Assembly (NCBI GenBank): GCA_016209085.1
Contig: JACQWV010000010.1
Location: forward strand, 1 to 60,845
Length of the DNA stretch: 60,845 nucleotides
DNA from: Elusimicrobiota bacterium
Lineage (GTDB): Bacteria; Elusimicrobiota; Elusimicrobia; Elusimicrobiales; UBA9959
Direction of reading: 5' to 3'
Below the pieces are notes generated by a model, which made no database searches, was not told where the DNA came from, and worked only from the letters and a program-made list of their open reading frames with translations. Shown in pieces: positions 26,246-33,071 of this stretch. Position 1 is the first letter of the stretch. Every line of letters begins with the position of its first letter. Both the position numbers and the translations under genes were made by a program.

Positions 26246-26925
26246 TGTCTTGCTATTTTTTTGAGGGCGTTGATATCCAGGATTTTTATCGCTTTTGCCT
26301 CTCTCATGATTATCTTCTTTTTTTCAAAAGAAGCCAGGGTCCTGACCACTGTTTCAAGCGCAAGCCCCGTGATGTCCGCAAGCTCGGTTCTTTTCAGGCC
26401 GTAAATGGTGGGGGTCGGAGAATCTTTTGACCTGAAGGATACTGATTTTATCAGAGTGTCCGCGAGCCGCACTTTTGCGGGCTTATGCAGGGCGTCTTTC
26501 AGTTTCCTGTAAAGATTCTGTATTTCAAGGCTTACTGTTTTGAGCATCAAAAGATTAAGGCTTGGATACTCCTTTAAAAAATTAAGAACATTGACGCCGG
26601 GCACAAAAGATACGACGGTATCCCCCATGGACTGGGCGTGGCATATGTGGCTCTGGCATGAGAAAAAACCCACGTGCCCGAACAGTTCTCCGGGGTGTTT
26701 TACCCTGTAAATCATCTGCTGGCCCATGGCATCCGAGGAAAAAACTTTTATCCTTCCCTTGCAGACTATGTAAATTCCGTCCGGAGCGTCTCCCTGGTTG
26801 ATGATTGCTTCCTCGTTTTTGAAATTTCCGGAAACTTTTGCGTCGTTCCATGCCTTTTGCAGTTTCGGTTCCAGAGAAATGAAAAAACAGCAAATTCTGA
26901 ATTTACAATTATAACAGTCGGTTGC
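26242..26925 (-). CDS. Crp/Fnr-family transcriptional regulator (FNR-like Cys-rich N-terminus); no canonical start codon covers the conserved N-terminal part
   Basis: The frame is open from the in-frame TAA at 26926-26928 down to the stop at 26242 (227 codons). The upstream part reads ..DCYNCKFRICCFFISLEPKLQKAW...FKNEEAIINQGDAPDGIYIVCKGRIKVF (cNMP-binding beta-roll). The first ATG/GTG/TTG is at 26727. The C-terminal HTH is RTELADITGLALETVVRTL. Confidence 0.7.
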   Translation of the reverse strand, partial: ATDCYNCKFRICCFFISLEPKLQKAWNDAKVSGNFKNEEAIINQGDAPDGIYIVCKGRIKVFSSDAMGQQMIYRVKHPGELFGHVGFFSCQSHICHAQSMGDTVVSFVPGVNVLNFLKEYPSLNLLMLKTVSLEIQNLYRKLKDALHKPAKVRLADTLIKSVSFRSKDSPTPTIYGLKRTELADITGLALETVVRTLASFEKKKIIMREAKAIKILDINALKKIARH

Positions 26926-26969
26926 TTACGGGATTAAGATTAATATATTTATATATTAACTGAACCATT

Positions 26970-26982
26970 TTGTCAATGACAA
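26970..26982. promoter_or_regulatory. Palindrome TTGTCA-N-TGACAA upstream of the Crp/Fnr gene (candidate operator)
   Basis: ttgtcaatgacaa has 6-1-6 dyad symmetry and flanking A/T symmetry. It lies in the divergent intergenic region. Confidence 0.35.
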
Positions 26983-26989
26983 AAATCAA

Positions 26990-27004
26990 ATATTTGTCAA
27001 ATAT
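26990..27004. promoter_or_regulatory. Perfect 7-1-7 palindrome ATATTTG-T-CAAATAT
   Basis: Read directly from the sequence. It shares the TTTGTCAAA core with 26970-26982. Confidence 0.3.
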
Positions 27005-27029
27005 ATAGTTACCCCCGAGTAACCGCCCC

Positions 27030-27063
27030 AACCCCGCGGGTTGAAGTTCCAACCCGCGGGGTT
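27030..27063. promoter_or_regulatory. Perfect 14-bp inverted repeat AACCCCGCGGGTTG-aagttc-CAACCCGCGGGGTT
   Basis: A GC-rich hairpin or dyad in an AT-rich divergent promoter region between the Crp/Fnr gene and the flippase gene. Confidence 0.5.
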
Positions 27064-27134
27064 GATGGGGTAGCGGCGGGCAGGATTAATGGCAGTTTCT
27101 AACAGGGTCAATCTTTTTGATAATATATTTATAT

Positions 27135-28601
27135 ATGTTCAAAGATATACAGGTTCTGGGAAAAGAATCTCTCATATACGGTCTTTCCACGGTTATCGCG
27201 AGGCTTTTGAATTTCATCCTCATGCCTTTTTACACCCATTACCTGGCGCCCGGGGAATACGGAATTATCGCAGCTGTTTATTCCTACATCGCTTTCCTCA
27301 ACATAATCTATCACTATGGAATGGACCAGGCTTACATGCGGCATTTTGAGGAGAAGGAAAAAGCTTTTCCTTCTTCGTTTGTTTGCCTGATTTTGAGCTC
27401 TGCGCTTTTTTCAGGCGCGTTAGCTCTGAATCCGGTTTTTTTCGCTAAAATCTCGGGCATAGGCGGGGAATATTCAAAATTCATGCTTTATTCGGCCGCT
27501 ATTCTCTTTCTGGATACCCTGACCGTAATTCCGTTTGCGGATTTAAGAATGAGACATAAGGCTTTTTATTTCGCAAACGTCAAAATCATGGGCATCGTCC
27601 TGAACGTGATTTTAAACGTAATGTTCATAAAATACATGGATAAAGGAATTGAGGGCGTGTTTCTGGCGAATCTGGCGTCTTCCGCGGTTTCCGCCGCAAT
27701 GCTTTCAAACTATTTTGCAGACATAAAATTCAAAATTTATCCCGACGTTCTTAAAAAACTTCTGCATTTCGCCCTGCCTCTGCTGCCGGCGGGCCTCAGT
27801 TCAATGGCAATTCAGGTGATAGACAGACCCCTGCTTTTGTTTCTGGCCGACAAGACTTCGGTGGGGATTTACCAGGCGAATTACAGGCTCGGGATATTCG
27901 TCATGCTTCTGGTGGTGATGTTTGACCAGGCATGGAGGCCGTTTTTCATTGAAAGGGCGGACAGGACTGACGCAAAACGGATTTTCGCGAGAGTCTTCAG
28001 TTATTTCGCCGTTATTCTCGTATGGATTGTTCTTGCTCTGTCGTTTTTTATTTCAGACATCGCAAAATTTGAAATCAGGAATACCCCTTTGATTCATCCC
28101 GGATACTGGAGCGGAATCGGGATTGCGCCCGTGGTTTTTGTCGCTTATCTGTTCAACGGCTTTTACATAAATTTCCTCGCCCCGGTCATAATTTCAAAAA
28201 GGACGGGGTTTTTGTTCGTAATTTCCATTGCAGGCGCGGCCGTAAGCGTGATTTCCAATTTGATTCTTATACCCGTTCTTAACATATACGGCTCCGCTAT
28301 TTCAACATTGCTGTCTTATGTCACGATGGCCTCATTAGCGTATCTGGCAGGCAGAAAGCTTTACAGCATACCGTACGAATTTAAAAGGATTTTTAAAATT
28401 GTAGTTATAACTTTTGTCCTTTTAACGCCGGTTTTATTTCTGGAATTAAATGCCGGAGCGTGGTCTCTTTACCGTACAGGCGTTTTAACGATTTATCCGT
28501 TTCTGATTTTTTTCAGCGGATTCTTTGACGACAGAGAAAAAGAGCAAATCCGGAGTTTACTGAGGATTATTTCGTCTGCTGGAGTTCGCCGAAGAATTTG
28601 A
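27135..28601 (+). CDS. MOP-superfamily polysaccharide/oligosaccharide flippase (Wzx/MurJ-like)
   Basis: About 488 aa and polytopic. The N-terminus is typical (LGKESLIYGLSTVIARLLNFILMPFYTHYL). The ATG at 27135 is preferred over the TTG at 27117. Confidence 0.7.
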   Translation: MFKDIQVLGKESLIYGLSTVIARLLNFILMPFYTHYLAPGEYGIIAAVYSYIAFLNIIYHYGMDQAYMRHFEEKEKAFPSSFVCLILSSALFSGALALNPVFFAKISGIGGEYSKFMLYSAAILFLDTLTVIPFADLRMRHKAFYFANVKIMGIVLNVILNVMFIKYMDKGIEGVFLANLASSAVSAAMLSNYFADIKFKIYPDVLKKLLHFALPLLPAGLSSMAIQVIDRPLLLFLADKTSVGIYQANYRLGIFVMLLVVMFDQAWRPFFIERADRTDAKRIFARVFSYFAVILVWIVLALSFFISDIAKFEIRNTPLIHPGYWSGIGIAPVVFVAYLFNGFYINFLAPVIISKRTGFLFVISIAGAAVSVISNLILIPVLNIYGSAISTLLSYVTMASLAYLAGRKLYSIPYEFKRIFKIVVITFVLLTPVLFLELNAGAWSLYRTGVLTIYPFLIFFSGFFDDREKEQIRSLLRIISSAGVRRRI

Positions 28602-29445
28602 TTCCTATAAAAGTGGTAAGAACGGCAAAAAATCCCACCGCTGTAATGTTTGTGTATGCCGAAAAATTTCCGTATCCCAGGAGAATCCTCCTGACCATGT
28701 CAACCGCGTAGGTCATCGGGTCAAAAAAACTTATTGTTTTAATGACCGGGCTCGTTCCTGAAATTTCAAAAAGCGCGCCGCTGAAAAAAAACATGGGCCA
28801 GGTGAGAAAACTCATTACAAGCCCGAATCCTTCCATGCTCTTCATCCTGGCGCCTATTGAAAGGCCGATGTTGGCGACCATGTATGAAACCGGTATCAGC
28901 CACAAAACGCACAGGAGAAACTTCCACAAAGGGACCGGAAGAATGAAAAAATACCCTATCAGAAGGACAATCACGACTTCTATCATGGCTCCGGTGATTC
29001 CGCCTATTGATTTTCCCATAAACAGGCTTGTTCTTGAAATCGGGGCCACGAGCACTTCTTTCAGAAAATCCAGTCTTTTGTCCCAGATTATGTAAAGCCC
29101 GTAGGTTATTGAAGTGAAAAGACATACCATAACCAGAATCCCCGGAAAGATGAACTGCTGGTAAGTATAACCCTGAACCGGGCTTGCCCCGTTAGAGATA
29201 GGTCGTGCTTGCACGACCGTGCTCTGTAATGAGTCTTTTGTTTGACCTTCTATAATTTGAATGTTTTCAGCATTTTTAATTGCCACTTCCACAGGTGTAT
29301 CTCTAACGGGGTTTGCCCCTGTGCCGATGCTCCTTCCGATGACAAACAGAAATAAAAGCGGGGAGACAAGAATTGAAATTATCCTTTCTTTTTCCCTGAA
29401 AAAAATTTTAACTTCCCTCAAAAGTATGGCGTATATTCCGTTCAT
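28567..29445 (-). CDS. ABC-2 type transporter permease
   Basis: 292 aa and 6 TM segments, translationally coupled to the upstream ATPase gene by a 4-nt overlap. A family-1 MITE is inserted in the first external loop and is read through in frame. Confidence 0.8.
   Translation of the reverse strand: MNGIYAILLREVKIFFREKERIISILVSPLLFLFVIGRSIGTGANPVRDTPVEVAIKNAENIQIIEGQTKDSLQSTVVQARPISNGASPVQGYTYQQFIFPGILVMVCLFTSITYGLYIIWDKRLDFLKEVLVAPISRTSLFMGKSIGGITGAMIEVVIVLLIGYFFILPVPLWKFLLCVLWLIPVSYMVANIGLSIGARMKSMEGFGLVMSFLTWPMFFFSGALFEISGTSPVIKTISFFDPMTYAVDMVRRILLGYGNFSAYTNITAVGFFAVLTTFIGIKFFGELQQTK
29187..29311. mobile_element. MITE-like element, family 1, copy inserted in frame in the ABC-2 permease gene
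   Basis: ccccgttagagata...tatctctaacgggg, 125 nt. Adding a 4-nt flank duplication (cttg/tttg) gives 129 nt, or 43 codons. It is translated as ..NPVRDTPVEVAIKNAENIQIIEGQTKDSLQSTVVQARPISNGAS.. Confidence 0.8.
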
Positions 29446-30413
29446 TTATTTGTTTTCACCGATACTATTCTTTCAAAAATAGTGTCTTGCGATTCTTCGT
29501 TTTTTATCTCATGCCCGGTAAATTTCAAAAAAACGTCCTCAAGAGTCACGGGCCTTATTTCAACCCTGTCTATTTCTCCCGCGTGTTTCAAAAGAACCGG
29601 CAGATTGTCTGCAGCGTCCATAACCGTGATTTCAGCCTTGCCGTTTCCGGCATGAACGCTTTTTATGAAATTCAGGCCTTTAAGAGCTTCAATCTCTATA
29701 GTTCCTTCAAGAATAACTATGTCTCCCCCTACTTTTCTCTTGAGTTCCTCCGGACTTCCCAACTGAACTATTCTTCCATGATCAATTATTCCTATCCTGT
29801 CGCAGAGAAAATCCGCTTCTTCCATATAATGAGTGGTCAGAATTATCGTGATATCTCCGGTTTCCGAGAGGTTCTTGACGTAATTCCAGATTATTTTTCT
29901 GGCAGCTGGGTCCAGGCCGAGAGTCGGCTCGTCAAGAAAAAGGACTTTTGGCTGGTGCAGAAGCCCGCGGGCTATTTCAAGCCTTCTTCTCATTCCGCCG
30001 GAATAGGTTTTTACGAAACTATCCGCCCTGGCGGACAAACTCACCAGTTCCAGCATTTCAGAAATGCGTTTTTTCCGTTCGTCTCTGGCCATCCCGTAGA
30101 GCATTGCGTGAAGCTCCAGATTTTCCCTGCCTGTCAGAAGGTCGTCAACGCTCGGCTCCTGAAAGACTATTCCTATGTTTTTCCTGACCTGAAGGGAATC
30201 ATTAGAGACTTCAATGCCCGCCACCCACGCTCTTCCCGAGGTCGGTTTTAAAAGAGTGCTGAGCATGCTGATGAAAGTGGTTTTGCCCGCGCCGTTCGGG
30301 CCCAACAGGCCGAAAACCTCGCCTTTCGGAATGTCAAGGCTGATTTCATTTACTGCGATAAGACCGTCAAATCTTCTGGAGAGTTTTTCAGTGTGGATTA
30401 TTAAGGAGGGCAT
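29442..30413 (-). CDS. ABC transporter ATP-binding protein (DrrA/CcmA-like exporter ATPase)
   Basis: Walker A GPNGAGKTT, signature YSGGMRRRLEIA and Walker B LFLDEPTLGLD. Confidence 0.95.
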   Translation of the reverse strand: MPSLIIHTEKLSRRFDGLIAVNEISLDIPKGEVFGLLGPNGAGKTTFISMLSTLLKPTSGRAWVAGIEVSNDSLQVRKNIGIVFQEPSVDDLLTGRENLELHAMLYGMARDERKKRISEMLELVSLSARADSFVKTYSGGMRRRLEIARGLLHQPKVLFLDEPTLGLDPAARKIIWNYVKNLSETGDITIILTTHYMEEADFLCDRIGIIDHGRIVQLGSPEELKRKVGGDIVILEGTIEIEALKGLNFIKSVHAGNGKAEITVMDAADNLPVLLKHAGEIDRVEIRPVTLEDVFLKFTGHEIKNEESQDTIFERIVSVKTNK

Positions 30414-30456
30414 AAACTTATTGTAATAGTTTAATCACGCTAAAAACCGATTTTAT

Positions 30457-30517
30457 TTTGTAGGGGTTTGATTTATCAAACCCGCATAATCGGGTCGCAT
30501 AAATGCGACCCCTACAA
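30457..30517. repeat. REP-like compound palindrome ('TTTGTAGGGG...CCCCTACAAA')
   Basis: The outer 10-bp inverted repeat encloses two hairpins, ggtttgatttatcaaacc and gggtcgcataaatgcgaccc. Only one copy is in the window. Confidence 0.7.
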
Positions 30518-30562
30518 ATAACAACTAATTTTAAAGAAACTAAACTATTACCTCTACTTTGG

Positions 30563-31031
30563 TTAGAACAACAGTCCCAGGCTTGCGGAAACCATGCCTT
30601 TTTCAGGATATTCGGTCCCTTCAACTTCCACGGACCCGCTGCTCATCACCCCTGCAAAGTCTATGTGCAGATGAACCATGTTTATCCCTATGCCGGCCGT
30701 ATATGCAAGTTTTGAATCGCTTTCAGCAAGGTTTTTCATCAGACCTAATCTAAGCGGAATATTTTGAAGCTAAGTCTCCCAAGTCGCTTGCGTTTTCAAG
30801 CATATTGCCCGTGAATTCAACGCTTGCCAGAACAGGAAAATTAAATCCCGACACATTGTCGGCCTGCGCAAGACCCGCAGGGTTCCAATACTGGGCGATG
30901 GGCCCTTTTGCCATTGCCACAAAAGCCCCGCCCATTCCCATGGGCCTTGTGCCTAACACCTGCCACTGCTCGGCGCGGCACTGAATTCCCGCAAACAAAA
31001 GAACTATTGAAAAAATCAGTATTTTTTTCAT
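30563..31031 (-). pseudogene. Split or truncated PorV/UPF0164-like outer-membrane beta-barrel gene
   Basis: The 93-aa ORF (30750-31031) carries a signal peptide and PMGMGGAFVAMAKGPIAQYWNPAGLA, then ends in TAG. A 58-codon ORF (30563-30739) in another frame ends ...GMVSASLGLLF, a typical OMP C-terminal Phe. The combined length is far shorter than usual for this motif family. Confidence 0.5.
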
Positions 31032-31055
31032 ATTTACTGCCTCCTGAAATTCAGT

Positions 31056-31985
31056 TTACAAATTTTTCCTGAAAAACTCCAGAACTTTTTTCTCGTATTG
31101 CATGCCGGTCAGCATGTGTCCCTGGCCGTGGTCTGCTTCGGGTATTATCCACAATTCAGAGCCCGGCTTTTTTGAATGAAGCGCTTTTGCGGCTGAGACG
31201 GGTATCTGCGAGTCTTTTTCGCAGTGTATAAGAAGAACCGGCTTTTTTATGTCTGCTATGGAATCAGCCGGAGAGACTCTGCCTGTATTGAGATTGAAAA
31301 ACAGTCTTCCCCAGAATTTCATAAGCCATACGATGGGCTTTCCGAAAATCCCGAAGCCGCTGAAAATTGAATCCAGCACGGAATTCAGATTTTCATACGA
31401 AGAATCTACTACAATCGCTTTTATGTCCGGGGAATTTGCCATTAAAACAACCGCTCCCCCGAGAGAAAATCCGAACGCCCCGATGTCTTTAAATCCTCTT
31501 TTTTTCAGAAAATCAACTGCCGCGAGGAAATCCCTTGTCTCCTTCCATCCGCCTGTTGAGATTGCTCCTTTGCTTTTTCCCATTGCCCTGAAATCAAAAA
31601 GAAGCACGTTGTATTCTTTTGCAAGAAACGAGGCTGTTTCAAGAAGATTGCCCTTGTCCATGGGATACCCGTGGCATATGATTACAGCTTTCTTAAATCC
31701 CCCTCTTTCCCCCTTTGTAAAAGGGGGATGTAAGGGGGATTTGCCGCCGGTTAAAGGGGGATTTGAGGGTGGTTTTTTTGCAGGCAGAAACCATGCTGAA
31801 ATTTCAATATTGTCCGAAGTTTTAAAGGAAATCTCCTCGTATTCAAGCCCGAATGCGTCGGGGTTATAGGGGCTCACGTATCTTGAAGGCTTTACGTAAA
31901 GATAAAAAAATATCAATGAGACAATCAGATACGCTATCGCAGGATAGAGTATTGCTCTGACCAGAATTTTAATTGCAAGTTCCAT
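31056..31985 (-). CDS. Alpha/beta hydrolase (N-terminal TM anchor)
   Basis: 309 aa. It has a GFSLGG nucleophile elbow and a late HGQGH. It contains an in-frame palindromic element encoding PPLTGGKSPLHPPFTKGERGGF. Confidence 0.8.
   Translation of the reverse strand: MELAIKILVRAILYPAIAYLIVSLIFFYLYVKPSRYVSPYNPDAFGLEYEEISFKTSDNIEISAWFLPAKKPPSNPPLTGGKSPLHPPFTKGERGGFKKAVIICHGYPMDKGNLLETASFLAKEYNVLLFDFRAMGKSKGAISTGGWKETRDFLAAVDFLKKRGFKDIGAFGFSLGGAVVLMANSPDIKAIVVDSSYENLNSVLDSIFSGFGIFGKPIVWLMKFWGRLFFNLNTGRVSPADSIADIKKPVLLIHCEKDSQIPVSAAKALHSKKPGSELWIIPEADHGQGHMLTGMQYEKKVLEFFRKNL
31694..31773. repeat. Palindromic element, 'CCCCCTTTGTAAAAGGGGG' family, extended copy in frame in the hydrolase gene
   Basis: taaatccccctctttccccctttgtaaaagggggatgtaagggggattt is followed by an extra half-unit, gccgccggttaaagggggatttgagggtgg. 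Confidence 0.8.
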
Positions 31986-31989
31986 TTGA

Positions 31990-32631
31990 CTATTTTGTCA
32001 TAGGCACAAAACTGACTGAGGCAGCGTCTTTTTCTTTTATGTTGTTGCTTTCTTTTATTATGAGTTTCAAAGTCTGGAAATAAGCCCCGACAGGAATAAC
32101 GATTCTTCCCCCCTCTTTAACCTGTTCTACCAGAGTTTGGGGAATTTTTTCAGGAGCGCAGGCTGCCATTATCCCGCCGTACGGGGCGAATTCCTTCCAT
32201 CCTTCGTATCCGTTGCCTGATTTGAATTTAACGTTTGAATAGCCCAGCTCTCCCAGAAGCTTTTCCGCGTTTCTTGAAAGTTCAGGGCAGGAATCCATTG
32301 TAAAAACCCGGCCGGCAATCTCGGCAAGAATAGCGGTCTGGTATCCGCTGCCTGTTCCTATCTCAAGAATTATTCCCCCTCCCTGAATGTCCAAAAGTTC
32401 TGTCATGAGAGCCACAATGTAAGGCTGGGAAATGGTCTGGCCGAATCCTATGGGAAGGGGATGGTCTTCATAGGCCTGCGGGACCAGATTCTCAGACACG
32501 AACAGATGCCTTTCAACTTTAAGCATCGCATCCAGGACTTTTTTGTCTTTTATGTTTCTTTTTACAAGCTGTTCCCTGACCATGTTGTTCCGCAAACGCG
32601 CAAAGTCAAGTTCTCTCTTAAACAAACTCAT
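31990..32631 (-). CDS. pcm: Protein-L-isoaspartate O-methyltransferase
   Basis: GFGQTISQPYIVALMTE and ILEIGTGSGYQTAILAE motifs. Confidence 0.95.
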   Translation of the reverse strand: MSLFKRELDFARLRNNMVREQLVKRNIKDKKVLDAMLKVERHLFVSENLVPQAYEDHPLPIGFGQTISQPYIVALMTELLDIQGGGIILEIGTGSGYQTAILAEIAGRVFTMDSCPELSRNAEKLLGELGYSNVKFKSGNGYEGWKEFAPYGGIMAACAPEKIPQTLVEQVKEGGRIVIPVGAYFQTLKLIIKESNNIKEKDAASVSFVPMTK

Positions 32632-32641
32632 AAATATTATG

Positions 32642-33067
32642 TTACCTCAGTAATTCCTTTATAAATTTTTCAATCTCTATTTTTATTTCGTCCCGTACTT
32701 TTCTGAAAACCTTTAAAACTTCCTCATCCGTTCCTTTCGCTTGGGCAGGGTCTTCAAAATTCCAGTGCAATCTGTTTCCTGCTTTTCCCATGAAAGAGGG
32801 GCAGGATTCTTTTGCAGAATCCCCGCAGACTGTTATCACGTAGTCAAATTCCCTTCCTTTGAATTTCAGAACCGGCTTGCTTCTCTGTCCTGAAATATCA
32901 ATCCCCGTTTCACCGAGAACTTTTACGGCAAAGGGATGCACGAAACTCGCTTTTGCTCCTGCGCTGAAAACTTCAAACTTTTCGGGAGCCAGGGCTTTCA
33001 GGATGCCTTCAGCCATCTGGGAGCGGCAGGAATTGGAAATGCACAGAAACAACACTTTTTTAGTCAT
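32642..33067 (-). CDS. arsC: Arsenate reductase, LMW-PTP/thioredoxin-coupled type
   Basis: VLFLCISNSCRSQMAEG P-loop plus downstream Cys residues (VCGDSAKESCP). Confidence 0.85.
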   Translation of the reverse strand: MTKKVLFLCISNSCRSQMAEGILKALAPEKFEVFSAGAKASFVHPFAVKVLGETGIDISGQRSKPVLKFKGREFDYVITVCGDSAKESCPSFMGKAGNRLHWNFEDPAQAKGTDEEVLKVFRKVRDEIKIEIEKFIKELLR

Positions 33068-33071
33068 GGTT

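Noticed and set aside
26582-26893. A 103-aa ORF overlapping the upstream part of the Crp/Fnr gene
   Set aside because: It is out of frame with the conserved cNMP-binding sequence. The basic, low-complexity translation (RRKSFRKFQKRGSNHQPGRRSGR) looks spurious.
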